A stretch of 64,000 nucleotides of DNA from an uncultured virus (IMG/VR IMGVR_UViG_3300030109_002631) (IMGVR_UViG_3300030109_002631:1-64000), one strand, 5' to 3'. Counted from the stretch's first letter, positions 30,043 through 39,927 are shown. Made by a program: numbers and translations. Notes: generated by a model not told the origin, from the letters alone.

Positions 30043-30485
30043 AGTGCTTTGCCTTCATCAAGGCTGGCCTTGACTTTGGACTTTACTAAGGCAGCAAGTT
30101 CATCATCTTTTTCATCCCAAGCTGTAATTAATACATTACGGACTAAAGAGTCTTTAACATGCTTCTGTGCTGTCTTATCAAGCTTATCAAAAGCTTTCAT
30201 CTGGGCTTTGGTTAGATTTGTATCTAATAAATCCATCAATTCTGCTTCATTATTCTTTAAGTATTTAAAGACTAACGCCTTAACTGCTGGTACTGTATAA
30301 GCGACGTAAGCGCCTAAAGCTAATACCAGTGCAGCAAGTGCTGCTAATAATGGGTCGTCCATTAGTGCGTCTAACATTCCAGATTCTTCTACAGTGTCCA
30401 ATAAAGCAGTAAGGTTACCGTCATCAGAGGTATTGTTATCAGCTGTATTGTTTGATTCTGCTGTATTATTTGTTGTTTCATTCAT
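30039..30485 (-). CDS. Membrane protein with one TM helix and an N-glycosylation-sequon-rich N-terminus
   Basis: NET/NNT/NLT sequons followed by hydrophobic LLAALAALVLALGAYVAY. Confidence 0.7.
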   Translation of the reverse strand: MNETTNNTAESNNTADNNTSDDGNLTALLDTVEESGMLDALMDDPLLAALAALVLALGAYVAYTVPAVKALVFKYLKNNEAELMDLLDTNLTKAQMKAFDKLDKTAQKHVKDSLVRNVLITAWDEKDDELAALVKSKVKASLDEGKAL

Positions 30486-30509
30486 ATGTTGATATCTCCA
30501 TATATGTTG

Positions 30510-30571
30510 GGGTCTCTCTTGGACACTGGCGAATGCCGTCCTATGAAGCCTTGGCCCTAGCGAGAGCGCCC
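30510..30571 (-). ncRNA. Structured 5' leader (three-way junction) of the terminase operon
   Basis: GGGCGCUCUC/GAGAGACCC closing stem with inner GGAC-GGC...GCC-GUCC and GCC/GGC hairpins; begins ~21 nt after the TATA at 30592-30600. Confidence 0.45.
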
Positions 30572-30606
30572 ATAATAATTAGGTACTCCCAGTATATAAA
30601 GCTTAC

Positions 30607-30795
30607 CTATAAGTTAGCCTCAATCCATGTTTTAGTTGAGTCTAAAAGAGCAAGTTGACGCGTATAGTTGTCACATTGTAGTTCATCTTTAGTGTTAAGT
30701 AAACTACCTGTAGACATCAAAGATGTTAGTTTATTGGTAACATCATCTATATCTGCGTCAATCACTGTTAAAATTTCTGCTTTCGTTATTGCCAT
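30607..30795 (-). CDS. Hypothetical protein
   Basis: 62-aa ORF tightly packed in the operon. Confidence 0.65.
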   Translation of the reverse strand: MAITKAEILTVIDADIDDVTNKLTSLMSTGSLLNTKDELQCDNYTRQLALLDSTKTWIEANL

Positions 30796-31122
30796 CTAAC
30801 ACTTCCATCTTCTACGTGCTTGATTGATTCTTGAATTAGGGTCGTTTTGTGTTTTCTTAGAACTTCTCTTTTTCTGTCCTGCTGACCTAGCACAATAAGA
30901 TTTACGTCTTTTGGCTGCTTTACTACCTTTCTTAACTTTACCTGTAACTGCTGTTTTGAGTTTAGAACCGGGATTAGCTCTCCTATAAGCTTTAACTCCC
31001 TTTCTAGTCATACCAGCTCCAGATTTTGTTTTACGATAGTTAGCTCCTTTACCTTTCGTTGTTTTGCGTATAGCTTTCGCTTTTTTTCTTTTTGTAGTGG
31101 CTTTCTTTTTACGAGGTGCCAT
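30796..31122 (-). CDS. Small very basic protein (marine phage family, GAGMT.KG...RRKSYCARS.G...SRINQARRRWKC)
   Basis: Lys/Arg-rich 108 aa; recognisable motif common near phage terminase genes. Confidence 0.75.
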   Translation of the reverse strand: MAPRKKKATTKRKKAKAIRKTTKGKGANYRKTKSGAGMTRKGVKAYRRANPGSKLKTAVTGKVKKGSKAAKRRKSYCARSAGQKKRSSKKTQNDPNSRINQARRRWKC

Positions 31123-31298
31123 TACTTCTTCTTCCTCTTGTAAGTTCTCTTCTTAGCAGTCTTAGCTGCTTTTTTGAACTGTTTAGCTGTTGGTCGCCCC
31201 TTTGCTCCTTTCTTTTTCATTTTTTCACCTGAGCCTTTCTTGATGCGTTTCCGTTTAGCATGTATGTTAGCATACAAGCCTTTCTTCTTAGGAGCCAT
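31122..31298 (-). CDS. Small very basic protein (GLYANIHAKRKRIKKGSGEKM family)
   Basis: 58-aa ORF read manually, below the ORF-track cut-off; stop overlaps the next start. Confidence 0.7.
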   Translation of the reverse strand: MAPKKKGLYANIHAKRKRIKKGSGEKMKKKGAKGRPTAKQFKKAAKTAKKRTYKRKKK

Positions 31299-31299
31299 T

Positions 31300-31689
31300 C
31301 TAATAAGCTGTTAAACAGGTGTTTAATCCAGCTGCTCCGTTATCTTCAATACGAATAGCTACTGTGTGACCTAGTGCTGTGTTATCTTCTAATCTACCAT
31401 CTGTAGAACTTACTTTAAGTGCTTTACCAGCGTTTCCAGAAGTTGTGTTTATTTTACATAGAACACCACGTCCTGTAATTATACTGTTGAAGTTACCAGA
31501 TGTAGCAGTCAACATAGCTATACCTATAACATACTCTTTGAATCCTGCACCTAGACTTGTGTTTGCGTTAGTTAGTTCTCCACTAGAATCCATAGTGACT
31601 GCATTACCTGCGGTAATAGTCTCTGCGCAAACGAATGGTAAGATTCTTGCTGGCGAAGCGCCATCATTCATCAATATGTCTGTTGCCAT
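31300..31689 (-). CDS. Second capsid decoration protein paralogue
   Basis: MATDILMNDGASPARILPF aligns with MATEILVNDGGAPARIIPF of 25062-25448. Confidence 0.7.
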   Translation of the reverse strand: MATDILMNDGASPARILPFVCAETITAGNAVTMDSSGELTNANTSLGAGFKEYVIGIAMLTATSGNFNSIITGRGVLCKINTTSGNAGKALKVSSTDGRLEDNTALGHTVAIRIEDNGAAGLNTCLTAY

Positions 31690-31691
31690 AA

Positions 31692-31934
31692 TTAATCCCT
31701 CATAGGGGTCTTTCTGTGTTGTTTAGAACCAATGTGATGCCCGTGATGCTCTCTACGTGCTATCTCGGACTCGGTTACATCTCTTATCTGCTTCAATGCA
31801 GTTTCTTTAGATATAGCGTGTTTTTCCAAAGCGTGGGTTTTACCACCTACGTGACTGAAGACTTTCTCTCCAGAACCACTCTTTCTCATTGTTAACGTTT
31901 TATCTATATTATATTTTTTATTTTGGTTTACCAT
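31692..31934 (-). CDS. Hypothetical basic His-rich protein
   Basis: 80-aa ORF with GGTGA SD. Confidence 0.6.
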   Translation of the reverse strand: MVNQNKKYNIDKTLTMRKSGSGEKVFSHVGGKTHALEKHAISKETALKQIRDVTESEIARREHHGHHIGSKQHRKTPMRD

Positions 31935-31943
31935 GTTATCACC

Positions 31944-32216
31944 TTATTGTGTGTTTCTGAAACTACCGGGAGCATAGTTTTTCTTATCTGCAATATAGTC
32001 TGCGTTAGGTGTAGACATAACGTCACTACCATCCATGTAGATAGGTTTTTCTTTTGCTACTTCCGACATATTAGCTTCAGCAGTTTTATAAGACGTAGTT
32101 GCCATAGCACACTGCATCTCATTAATTTCTTCCTGTGTAGGTTTTTCAAAATACAACTTCATGTCAGGGTTATTCTTACTGAAGTGTTCACCCTTCAAGA
32201 CTGTGTCTTCTGCCAT
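31944..32216 (-). CDS. Hypothetical protein
   Basis: 90-aa ORF with GGAGG SD. Confidence 0.6.
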   Translation of the reverse strand: MAEDTVLKGEHFSKNNPDMKLYFEKPTQEEINEMQCAMATTSYKTAEANMSEVAKEKPIYMDGSDVMSTPNADYIADKKNYAPGSFRNTQ

Positions 32217-32218
32217 AT

Positions 32219-32359
32219 TTATTCCTCCTCATCGCCGTCATCGGCGTCTTTGCTTGAGCAGCAGCATAAGTGTAAATCGGAATTTTCAAGTAATGCTTCC
32301 ACTACTTGATGTAATCCCTCTACTTGCTCTGCTAAGTCCTTTACTTCAAAATCGTTCAT
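32219..32359 (-). CDS. Small acidic protein with CCC motif
   Basis: MNDFEVKDLAEQVEGLHQVVEALLENSDLHLCCCSSKDADDGDEEE*, read manually; ATGA overlap with the upstream gene. Confidence 0.5.
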   Translation of the reverse strand: MNDFEVKDLAEQVEGLHQVVEALLENSDLHLCCCSSKDADDGDEEE

Positions 32360-32883
32360 TTTTTACTCTCCATCTTGTGTTCTTGTTCTTGCGCTTTAGA
32401 TTCAATCATTTGAGCTTGCTTCTGCATGCTGTCATTATAATCAATAACTGCTTGCGCTTTTACTTTATAAAATGCTGTCTTCTCAGCCTGTTCTTGTTTC
32501 CAGACATCAAGTGCATCTTTGATAATTAGAAGGGCGGGCCCACCTAATATAGCTATCAAAGTTGTATATCCTTCAATCTGGTCTAGAACGCTGCTATCAT
32601 TAAGTCCGCTGTGTATAACAAACCCAGCAAACCCAACCCATAGTAACACTAAAGGTACAGCAATCATAAACATAAAGATGTCATTAAAAGTGACTCCTTC
32701 GCCTTTCTCTTTACTCATTCTTTTCTCCTTTGTCTCTTGTGGAACAGTTGTCCTTGGTTTTCTTAGTTTTAGTATCTTTCTTGTCATTGTCATTGCAAAA
32801 GCAATCAGCATTATAATCGTAACAAAGATTAGAACACTCGCTAAAATGTGTATGAGGAAAATTAATATCACTTGTAAATCCAT
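32356..32883 (-). CDS. Membrane protein with 2-3 TM helices (holin-like candidate)
   Basis: Hydrophobic segments plus C-terminal coiled coil. Confidence 0.6.
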   Translation of the reverse strand: MDLQVILIFLIHILASVLIFVTIIMLIAFAMTMTRKILKLRKPRTTVPQETKEKRMSKEKGEGVTFNDIFMFMIAVPLVLLWVGFAGFVIHSGLNDSSVLDQIEGYTTLIAILGGPALLIIKDALDVWKQEQAEKTAFYKVKAQAVIDYNDSMQKQAQMIESKAQEQEHKMESKK

Positions 32884-33064
32884 TCATTCTTCCTCCTCGA
32901 AATTATTACGAAAATCATTCGCAACGGCTTCCTTTAACATTGCTTTTAAGTCATCTACTTCTGATATAATTTTAGCTAACATATTGGTAAGTACGAGCAT
33001 GTCTGCGGCACGCATTACTCGACATCCTCCCCTATACTTTCTAAAAGCTTTTTATATCTATTCT

Positions 33065-34096
33065 TCATACCTCTAACCTCCATCCCACTTCTTCTATGTC
33101 GCCGTTACCCCAGTTAGTGGAATAACCAACATATTCATCTTCTCCGTAATAGTCACCATCTCCATTATAGTCAGCATAGTAAGAGACATAATAAATCCAG
33201 TAACCTTCGTGAATGTCATTAAAGTTTTCTTCTAATGGTGTTTCGAATAATTCATCATATTCAAACCAGTGTTCATCTTCGAACCATCCTGATACATTAA
33301 AATATAACTTAGTATAAATGTAATTATCGTAGTACATAGACTTATTACCATTTTCATCTTCATCAACTATGATATGTACTAAATCATAATAAACTAGAAT
33401 TGGTAAGGGGTCATCCTCATCATCACAATCAGTATCAAAGTCCATATACATGTCTGTACTACTATTAGATGGTCTGGATACGTTTCCATGAGATAGTCCA
33501 CCCCATGCATACAAATCAGTGTGGTTACAGTGGTTTTCTTCATGTTCGTATTCACAAGACCCATCATCTTCAGTTGCACGGTCGTTATAGTTATTTGCAT
33601 CTATATCCATACAACCATACACTGTTTCATTAGTTTGTGTCTCGTTATTTTCACCTGTACCATTTTGATTTAAAATATTACATCTCCCATTATCGTGTGT
33701 AGCTTGAGGGTCATAGTTAACCGCTTCAGGGTCTGTACAACCATACACTATCACAACAAAGTTACAGCTACCATCATCGAAAGTAGCTTGGGGATTATAA
33801 TTTGTGGCGTTTGATTCTAAGCAGCCCCCGATGGGGCCTTCGTCATCTCCATTGAAATAATCATGGATAATAGACATGTTGGCCCCCCCACTCAAGAGCG
33901 CTAGTAATACGACGGTGATTATAGTTCCTATCTTCTTACCTACTTGGGTTTCCCCAATCTTATCCGCAGCTTTGCCGATAGTCTCAAATAGTTTTTCCTC
34001 TTCTTCATCAGAAGGTTTTTTTGGACCACTAATTCCTAATATCTCTCGTTCTTCATCAGAGATTACGGAAATAGCTCCATAATCATCGCGCGCCAT
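33065..34096 (-). CDS. Membrane-anchored acidic surface protein with three GC(T/M/L)(D/E)..A.NY...AT.D.G.C repeats
   Basis: TM helix followed by GCLESNATNYNPQATFDDGSC, GCTDPEAVNYDPQATHDNGRC and GCMDIDANNYNDRATEDDGSC. Confidence 0.75.
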   Translation of the reverse strand: MARDDYGAISVISDEEREILGISGPKKPSDEEEEKLFETIGKAADKIGETQVGKKIGTIITVVLLALLSGGANMSIIHDYFNGDDEGPIGGCLESNATNYNPQATFDDGSCNFVVIVYGCTDPEAVNYDPQATHDNGRCNILNQNGTGENNETQTNETVYGCMDIDANNYNDRATEDDGSCEYEHEENHCNHTDLYAWGGLSHGNVSRPSNSSTDMYMDFDTDCDDEDDPLPILVYYDLVHIIVDEDENGNKSMYYDNYIYTKLYFNVSGWFEDEHWFEYDELFETPLEENFNDIHEGYWIYYVSYYADYNGDGDYYGEDEYVGYSTNWGNGDIEEVGWRLEV

Positions 34097-34134
34097 GTAT
34101 TATTTTACATGACGCTACTATTTAAAGATTACCC

Positions 34135-35121
34135 CTAATCGAACTCAGGAAACTGCTCTTGGTTCTCAAGCTCTATTAAGTCTTTAGATTTATTATCGAT
34201 ATCTGCGTAGTTCTCTTTCTTTCTGGTATATTTAGGTTTCCACTTAGGTATTTCTGCATCACATGGCCCCCCATTAGATTTATGGAACGAGCACCATTTA
34301 CATAAGTTCTGTGGAACTTGTTCATATCTATCTACGTGTTCTTCTCTTTCCTTAATACAGTCATGTACAAACTTAATTAAGTCTTTAGCTTCATCGAGCA
34401 CTTGCTGATTGACCTTAACAAAGAACGTGTCATCAAAGCGTAAATAGTTGACACCTACAAAGTTAGGCATCTCTCCCATCTCTAATGTGTATAAAAACGC
34501 ATATATGATTAGTTGGCGATAGTATTCTTCAGGAAGGTATGCTCCATAGCGCTTACTAGTCTTATAGTCCAGTAATGTAGTACCACCATCGAAATCATTA
34601 CACACAACATCGACAACTCCTACAATAGCATATTCATGAGATTTAACCCACTTCTCAGCATACTTAGGTGCTACTGCATTCCATGCTTGTTGCTTGTTCC
34701 TAAATATCTTCCATTCAACCATCTCTGTAAGTTTTTTATTTACACTACCTACAAAGTTCTGTAAGAGTTGTTCTGTCTCAATATACATAGACTCCATCTC
34801 TTCATCAGTGTGTACTTCCCATAACCATTTATGTTTAGCTATCTTTTCTTCCCATCCTGTTTCGAATTGTTCTTGTACCCACTCGAATGCATTTCCTTTT
34901 TCCCATTGTGCTAAAGTACGATATTTTTGTTTGAATAAATCTTCTAATACTTTGTGAACTAAAGTTCCACGGAATAAATGAATTGTTTTCTTTTCTGGAA
35001 GTTTTGCAATATATTTATAATAGAACTCTCTGGGACATTTCTTGTATGTGTTTATTTTTGAAGGGCTCAACCTCATATGGCTTGGTTGCCATTTATCTGT
35101 ATCTGCTTTACCTACTATCAT
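34135..35121 (-). CDS. PD-(D/E)XK RecB/Cas4-like exonuclease
   Basis: LSPSKINTYKKCPR, GTLVHKVLE, GVVD, LLDYKTS, QLIIYA and C-terminal CKWC...C. Confidence 0.85.
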   Translation of the reverse strand: MIVGKADTDKWQPSHMRLSPSKINTYKKCPREFYYKYIAKLPEKKTIHLFRGTLVHKVLEDLFKQKYRTLAQWEKGNAFEWVQEQFETGWEEKIAKHKWLWEVHTDEEMESMYIETEQLLQNFVGSVNKKLTEMVEWKIFRNKQQAWNAVAPKYAEKWVKSHEYAIVGVVDVVCNDFDGGTTLLDYKTSKRYGAYLPEEYYRQLIIYAFLYTLEMGEMPNFVGVNYLRFDDTFFVKVNQQVLDEAKDLIKFVHDCIKEREEHVDRYEQVPQNLCKWCSFHKSNGGPCDAEIPKWKPKYTRKKENYADIDNKSKDLIELENQEQFPEFD

Positions 35122-35870
35122 CTTTCCTCTGTGTTAAAAAAGTATAACTGAAATAATCTATCATTCTCTATGGAATCTCCAAAGTATTGAGAAGCAGCAT
35201 GTATATGTTTAGCTTCAAATAATATCATACGATTATATTTGTTTCCTATTACATCTACTATTTCAAATGGGGTAGGGTCATAAAAATTACCCTTAAACAC
35301 ATCCCAATCAGATTTTCTTTCTACTCTATCTTGTCCTGTCTTCTTATGCCTATAAAGTGTTGTTCCACACTCTACTGGAGCATCAGGAGTTAGATAAATC
35401 ATAGCTGCCCATTTCTGGTCATCAGCATGTATTACGAAAGGGTCTTCTGCCATACAGTGTTGAAACACACCATTAGTTTGATAATCCCATCCACCTAGTT
35501 CATTACCCTTTGCCATCTTCTTTCCTAATATACTTTCAAATTTTTCTTTAACTCCTTTGAAATGTTTAGGGGTTAAAGTACGGTGCCCTACGGCTCCGTG
35601 ATATCCTCTTTCTACAAATTCTCTTGTCATAGCGTAATCTCTTACAGCATCTGGATTACTATAAAAATTATCTATCACTACTATGGAAGGTTGACTATCT
35701 GTCGGAGTAATATCTGCTACTCTTTCTTCCATGAGTTCTTCAACTGATAAGTTTTTAAGTCTTTCATATTCTTTTGGGTCATCCATACCTAAAGCTCTCA
35801 TTTCTCCATAGTCTTCAGCAGATATGTATCCATCTGGTTGTATTTGTGGTATGACAATTTCCTCTTTCAT
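35118..35870 (-). CDS. 2OG-Fe(II) oxygenase (DUF6445-like)
   Basis: VVIDNFYSNPD, IHAD (HxD), AAMIYLTP...GTTLY, NRMILF...IHAA, RLFQLYF. Confidence 0.8.
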   Translation of the reverse strand: MKEEIVIPQIQPDGYISAEDYGEMRALGMDDPKEYERLKNLSVEELMEERVADITPTDSQPSIVVIDNFYSNPDAVRDYAMTREFVERGYHGAVGHRTLTPKHFKGVKEKFESILGKKMAKGNELGGWDYQTNGVFQHCMAEDPFVIHADDQKWAAMIYLTPDAPVECGTTLYRHKKTGQDRVERKSDWDVFKGNFYDPTPFEIVDVIGNKYNRMILFEAKHIHAASQYFGDSIENDRLFQLYFFNTEER

Positions 35871-36535
35871 TTATCTTTCTCCGCTAACATCTTTTTAATG
35901 ATTTCATCTTTATCAGTAATAGACTTAGATGTAGATGGTTTAAGTCCAGCTAAAGCGTCAGCGTCTCTTCCTTCAAGGTTATCAATGTTCCATTGACAGT
36001 GTCCTATATAGGCAGCATCTATTCCTTTCATTGCTTTCACTTCTTTAAACTTTTCTATACATTCTTTAAATCTTCCAATCCACCATAGCGCTACTGCTTC
36101 TTGGAATGGAAGCGCAAAGAATCCGGGATATTCACAACAGCGGTCATCTAAGTTGTAAAGCAGTGGTGTTCTATCTCCGTTAAGTTTTTGAGCAATCTTT
36201 GCTATAGCATATGATTCATGCCAATCCCCTGTTCTTTCTAACGAGCAAGATAGGATATGGTAAGCCTCTGGTCTGTTAGGTAGAACAGATATTGCTAAAT
36301 TAGCATTGGTCTGAACGTGTGATTCTCTTTCACCTGCTTTTGTAAAACATATAGCCTTTCGGCATAAACATTCGTAAGCTAATAGTTCATTGTCTGTTAA
36401 CTCTGCACATTTAAGATAATATCCCATGGCAGAGGCGTATTGCCCTATGAGTTCATACTCCCACCCGATTTCAAAAGAATTTTCGGGAACATCTGGGGCT
36501 TCGATGTAGTTTTCTAGTTTTGATTGTAATGACAT
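35867..36535 (-). CDS. TPR-repeat protein (type associated with phage glycosyltransferases)
   Basis: SAMGYYLKCAE, AISVLPNRPEAY and EAVALWWIG helical repeats. Confidence 0.7.
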   Translation of the reverse strand: MSLQSKLENYIEAPDVPENSFEIGWEYELIGQYASAMGYYLKCAELTDNELLAYECLCRKAICFTKAGERESHVQTNANLAISVLPNRPEAYHILSCSLERTGDWHESYAIAKIAQKLNGDRTPLLYNLDDRCCEYPGFFALPFQEAVALWWIGRFKECIEKFKEVKAMKGIDAAYIGHCQWNIDNLEGRDADALAGLKPSTSKSITDKDEIIKKMLAEKDK

Positions 36536-36537
36536 AA

Positions 36538-38166
36538 TTATTTCTCTCTAATTGCTAAATAAATCTCAGGATGTTCAGTTGTCTTAACTTCATACCCTAT
36601 TTCATCTAAATAATCGAATAAATCGTTTTGGAGTTTAATGTTAGTTTTGTGGTGAGGTGGCCAGCTCTCGAATAGTATAGGTGGATAGTTATTATCTGTT
36701 AAAGTTTGAGAAGCACCCTTAAGGACTTCTAGTTCATACCCTTCAACATCTATTTTGATTAAACCAATGTCTTTTAAATTAAAGTGGTCTAATCTTCTAA
36801 TCTCTTTCATGTATTGCGCTTGATTATTACCTACCCAAGCGTCACCATCATATTCTAAGCGGAAACCATTTGTTCCACCATCTGTACTTCTTTCAAAGAA
36901 TGTTTTGAGTCCATCTTCGTTACCTAATGCTATATTATGGATATCTACCTTTCTTGATAGACCTTTAAGTAAAACATTGGCACTGAGATAGTTAAATGTT
37001 TCTACTGTAGGTTCAAAGGCATAAGTTCTTCTAAAATGAGGAGCTAAGGTCCAAGTATATGTTCCTACGTGTGCTCCTACGTCTACAAACACTTTATCAG
37101 CGTCTGCAAACTTATTTAGCGTCCATTCTATCATTTCATGTTCTGGAGCTTTGTAATCCTTTAAATATTGGACCATAGCTTCAGGGACCATGTAATTATT
37201 ATTATCCATCCTATATATCTTCTTTTCATCTTCTACTAAACATACTGCATCTGAATCTACATAGAATGCTTCAGGTATATTTAAATCTTCAGATATAATG
37301 TTAGCGTATTTAGGGTCTACACCATTTTCACACCTCTTACACATATCGTATGTCGTATTAGGTGGTGGTAATATATCATCATACTCTTCTTCGTATAGAT
37401 TACCTAAGATTTCTTCTAAATTGTAATCCATACAACATAATGATACCTCACCATTAGGGAGTAGTATATTATGATACAAGTCTTCTACACAACCACATGT
37501 TTTATCTCCTTCGTGGTATACTGACTTAAATTCATTCCATACTTCCTTTACTTCTGGTTTTAGTTGTGCTTCACCCAATAAGTTACCTGCTCTGTGCCAC
37601 ATTTCATATTTATTCACTTTTTCATCAGGGTACAGGTGTTCTACTTCTGGGTGTACAGTTCCCATTGCCATAGTTTGAAAATTATTGATATTAGCGTTCT
37701 TCAATGCTTCTACTACCTTAATGTATGTACTCGTAACTGGATGTTTGGCTCTATATTCTTTGTCTGGTAAGTGTAAGGTGAAACCACCATTAGGTCCACC
37801 ACAGTATGGTATATCCTTAAGACGTTCTACATCTTTAAGCTTCATACCTACAGCTGTTGTAAATACAGATACTCTATGCCCTTGTTCGTGTGCATATAGT
37901 AACATATCTGTAGCTTTGCTGTTTAACCATGGTTCTGTAAACCCAGAGAGTGTTATACGTACTTCTTTAGGTAATTTATCTATTACTTTCTTAAAGTCTT
38001 CTAACTGCATTGTTCTTGCTCTCTCTGTAGTAAACTTCTCAGCGTCCCATACTTTTTGTAAGACTCGCTGAGGACAAAAGACACAATCTACTACACATCC
38101 CTTTTTAGGGATAGAGGTTGTTATCTCTAAGGTAGGCCACTCTGTAACTCTCCAATATTCATTCAT
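36538..38166 (-). CDS. Radical SAM/SPASM fused to FkbM-family methyltransferase
   Basis: CxxxCxxC (CVVDCVFC), SGFTEP, SPASM-like NGEVSLCCMD...LGNL...CKRC; C-terminal VDVGAHVG, AFEP and IKIDVEGYE. Confidence 0.85.
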   Translation of the reverse strand: MNEYWRVTEWPTLEITTSIPKKGCVVDCVFCPQRVLQKVWDAEKFTTERARTMQLEDFKKVIDKLPKEVRITLSGFTEPWLNSKATDMLLYAHEQGHRVSVFTTAVGMKLKDVERLKDIPYCGGPNGGFTLHLPDKEYRAKHPVTSTYIKVVEALKNANINNFQTMAMGTVHPEVEHLYPDEKVNKYEMWHRAGNLLGEAQLKPEVKEVWNEFKSVYHEGDKTCGCVEDLYHNILLPNGEVSLCCMDYNLEEILGNLYEEEYDDILPPPNTTYDMCKRCENGVDPKYANIISEDLNIPEAFYVDSDAVCLVEDEKKIYRMDNNNYMVPEAMVQYLKDYKAPEHEMIEWTLNKFADADKVFVDVGAHVGTYTWTLAPHFRRTYAFEPTVETFNYLSANVLLKGLSRKVDIHNIALGNEDGLKTFFERSTDGGTNGFRLEYDGDAWVGNNQAQYMKEIRRLDHFNLKDIGLIKIDVEGYELEVLKGASQTLTDNNYPPILFESWPPHHKTNIKLQNDLFDYLDEIGYEVKTTEHPEIYLAIREK

Positions 38167-39320
38167 TCTTTAGAAACGATTTGAGCGTACTGCTCTTTAC
38201 TAGTCCTCCAGTTTATTATATCTTCTAAGTAAGCACTTGGTAAATGAACCATGTACGCTGAATTATCTTGGAATCCAAATGTACAATAGAAGTCATTAGC
38301 CATTTCATCTGGATGCTTAGCTAATCCACAGCAGAATTCTATTCTACCATCCATAAACTTAAAAGCATCTGATGTGCCTACTACATTCCAGTCTTCGTCC
38401 CATACAAAGAATCTATGATAGTAATGTGCATCTCTATCATCTTTATCATTATGCCAGTAATCACATTCGTGGGTTACAGCCATATAATGTTTCTTACCTT
38501 CTCTTGTATAAGGTACTACTTGTGAGCTACCTCTAGGGGAAAGTTGTAGGGGTATCTGCGTAGAATCATCACCTTGGAATACTACTTCACATGGTGTTGT
38601 ATATTTTCTTGGATTATTCTTGTGCTTCTTATTGATATTTACTTTTACCACTTGTATAGGGTTTGACCATTTCACGTAGTGAAACGGCATATCTAATATA
38701 GGCATCCAATTCTTCTCACAGTATGCATCCTCTTCACCTTCTGGTGGGTCTATGACATACCTACCTAATTCTTTGACTCTATTGTCTTTCTTAGAAATCT
38801 CAATCTCGGAAAGTACCATCCTTCCTTTTCCATTGGGCGCGTAGCGACGAACGCCTGTAACGTACATCTTCTTGTCCCATTGGACGATACGAGCGTCCTC
38901 TAGTCCTACGAAATCCCATTCTGGTTCCTTAGGGAACTTCGATGTGTCTATCTTACGTGGTCTGGTAAGTTTCATATTCCTTAGATTAAAATCACAGATA
39001 TAGTTCTGTGTTCTAAGGTATGGGTCATTATCAGGTCTTACGTAGTTTAGGGGTCCCCATGGAGTCTGGTATTTCTGTTCTCCTTCGCAATGGTGTAGGT
39101 AGTATGATACGTTTCTAACGTTAACTAAATACTTGGTTGTATCTGGTATGTGCCAAATGGACGGGTTGCATAATCCAAGTCCACCTGTCTCTTCCCAGCC
39201 TACTATGAGGGGTTCAATTCTCCCTCCCTTCGATAATAGTTGTTCTACTAAAGAAGTCTCCATTACGTCTTTCATCTCCGTGCTTTCACGTTTTATTTCT
39301 TGTTGCATATTAAGCTCCAT
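38163..39320 (-). CDS. Five-bladed beta-propeller glycosidase/phosphorylase (GH130/GH43-like)
   Basis: CNPSI, GLEDARIV, EKNWMP, RGSSQ and IEFCCGL motifs. Confidence 0.75.
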   Translation of the reverse strand: MELNMQQEIKRESTEMKDVMETSLVEQLLSKGGRIEPLIVGWEETGGLGLCNPSIWHIPDTTKYLVNVRNVSYYLHHCEGEQKYQTPWGPLNYVRPDNDPYLRTQNYICDFNLRNMKLTRPRKIDTSKFPKEPEWDFVGLEDARIVQWDKKMYVTGVRRYAPNGKGRMVLSEIEISKKDNRVKELGRYVIDPPEGEEDAYCEKNWMPILDMPFHYVKWSNPIQVVKVNINKKHKNNPRKYTTPCEVVFQGDDSTQIPLQLSPRGSSQVVPYTREGKKHYMAVTHECDYWHNDKDDRDAHYYHRFFVWDEDWNVVGTSDAFKFMDGRIEFCCGLAKHPDEMANDFYCTFGFQDNSAYMVHLPSAYLEDIINWRTSKEQYAQIVSKE

Positions 39321-39331
39321 TAATCTAAGCT

Positions 39332-39712
39332 CTAATTAGCATGAGTAAAGACGCTAACCTTTACGTCTGACGGGGCTGCGTAACATTGGCATGACTGTTC
39401 GTGCATCCCGTGTTCGCAATTACACACTGTTACATTCATGCTATTGCTGCCTCGTTCTCTTGCTACTTTGAGCAAAATTAGATAACCAATCAAGTCATCT
39501 AAAGTGTCTTCAGTTGCATCATCGAGCCCATTGTTCTTAATGCGACTGAGCTTGTCGTCGATACGTGCACAGATAGCCTGTGCGTTATCGAGCTTACTAA
39601 AAATATTATCAGGCTCTATGGCGCTATCACCATAGGCTTTGTTCTTGCTTACGAGTAAATCTCGTATTTCATTACATGTCCATTTTATGGAATTTTGCGT
39701 TGTTCTTGTCAT
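39332..39712 (-). CDS. Nucleotide-modification-associated domain 1 (DUF1599, all-alpha NTP-PPase-like) protein
   Basis: KNKAYGDS, RIDDKLSR, EDTLDDLIGY. Confidence 0.75.
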   Translation of the reverse strand: MTRTTQNSIKWTCNEIRDLLVSKNKAYGDSAIEPDNIFSKLDNAQAICARIDDKLSRIKNNGLDDATEDTLDDLIGYLILLKVARERGSNSMNVTVCNCEHGMHEQSCQCYAAPSDVKVSVFTHAN

Positions 39713-39927
39713 ATTTAAATTTCTCTAATTACTTTTAACACATGTGGGTATATAAAGATTACTGTTATCTTTCTCAGTTCATCCATGCTCTATATAGATA
39801 TATAGCTATACCAAGTGTTTACACTATATAGATATATTAAGCTACTTTCAAAATTTCACTCGATTTGTGAGTACCCCCTATCCCTCGTTTTGTCTCTTCC
39901 CCCCTCATCTTTTTAGACGGGGGGTCA

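Noticed and set aside
34135..35121. Cas4 as evidence of a CRISPR-Cas locus
   Set aside because: Solo PD-(D/E)XK nuclease of a kind common in archaeal viruses; no other cas genes or array in the window
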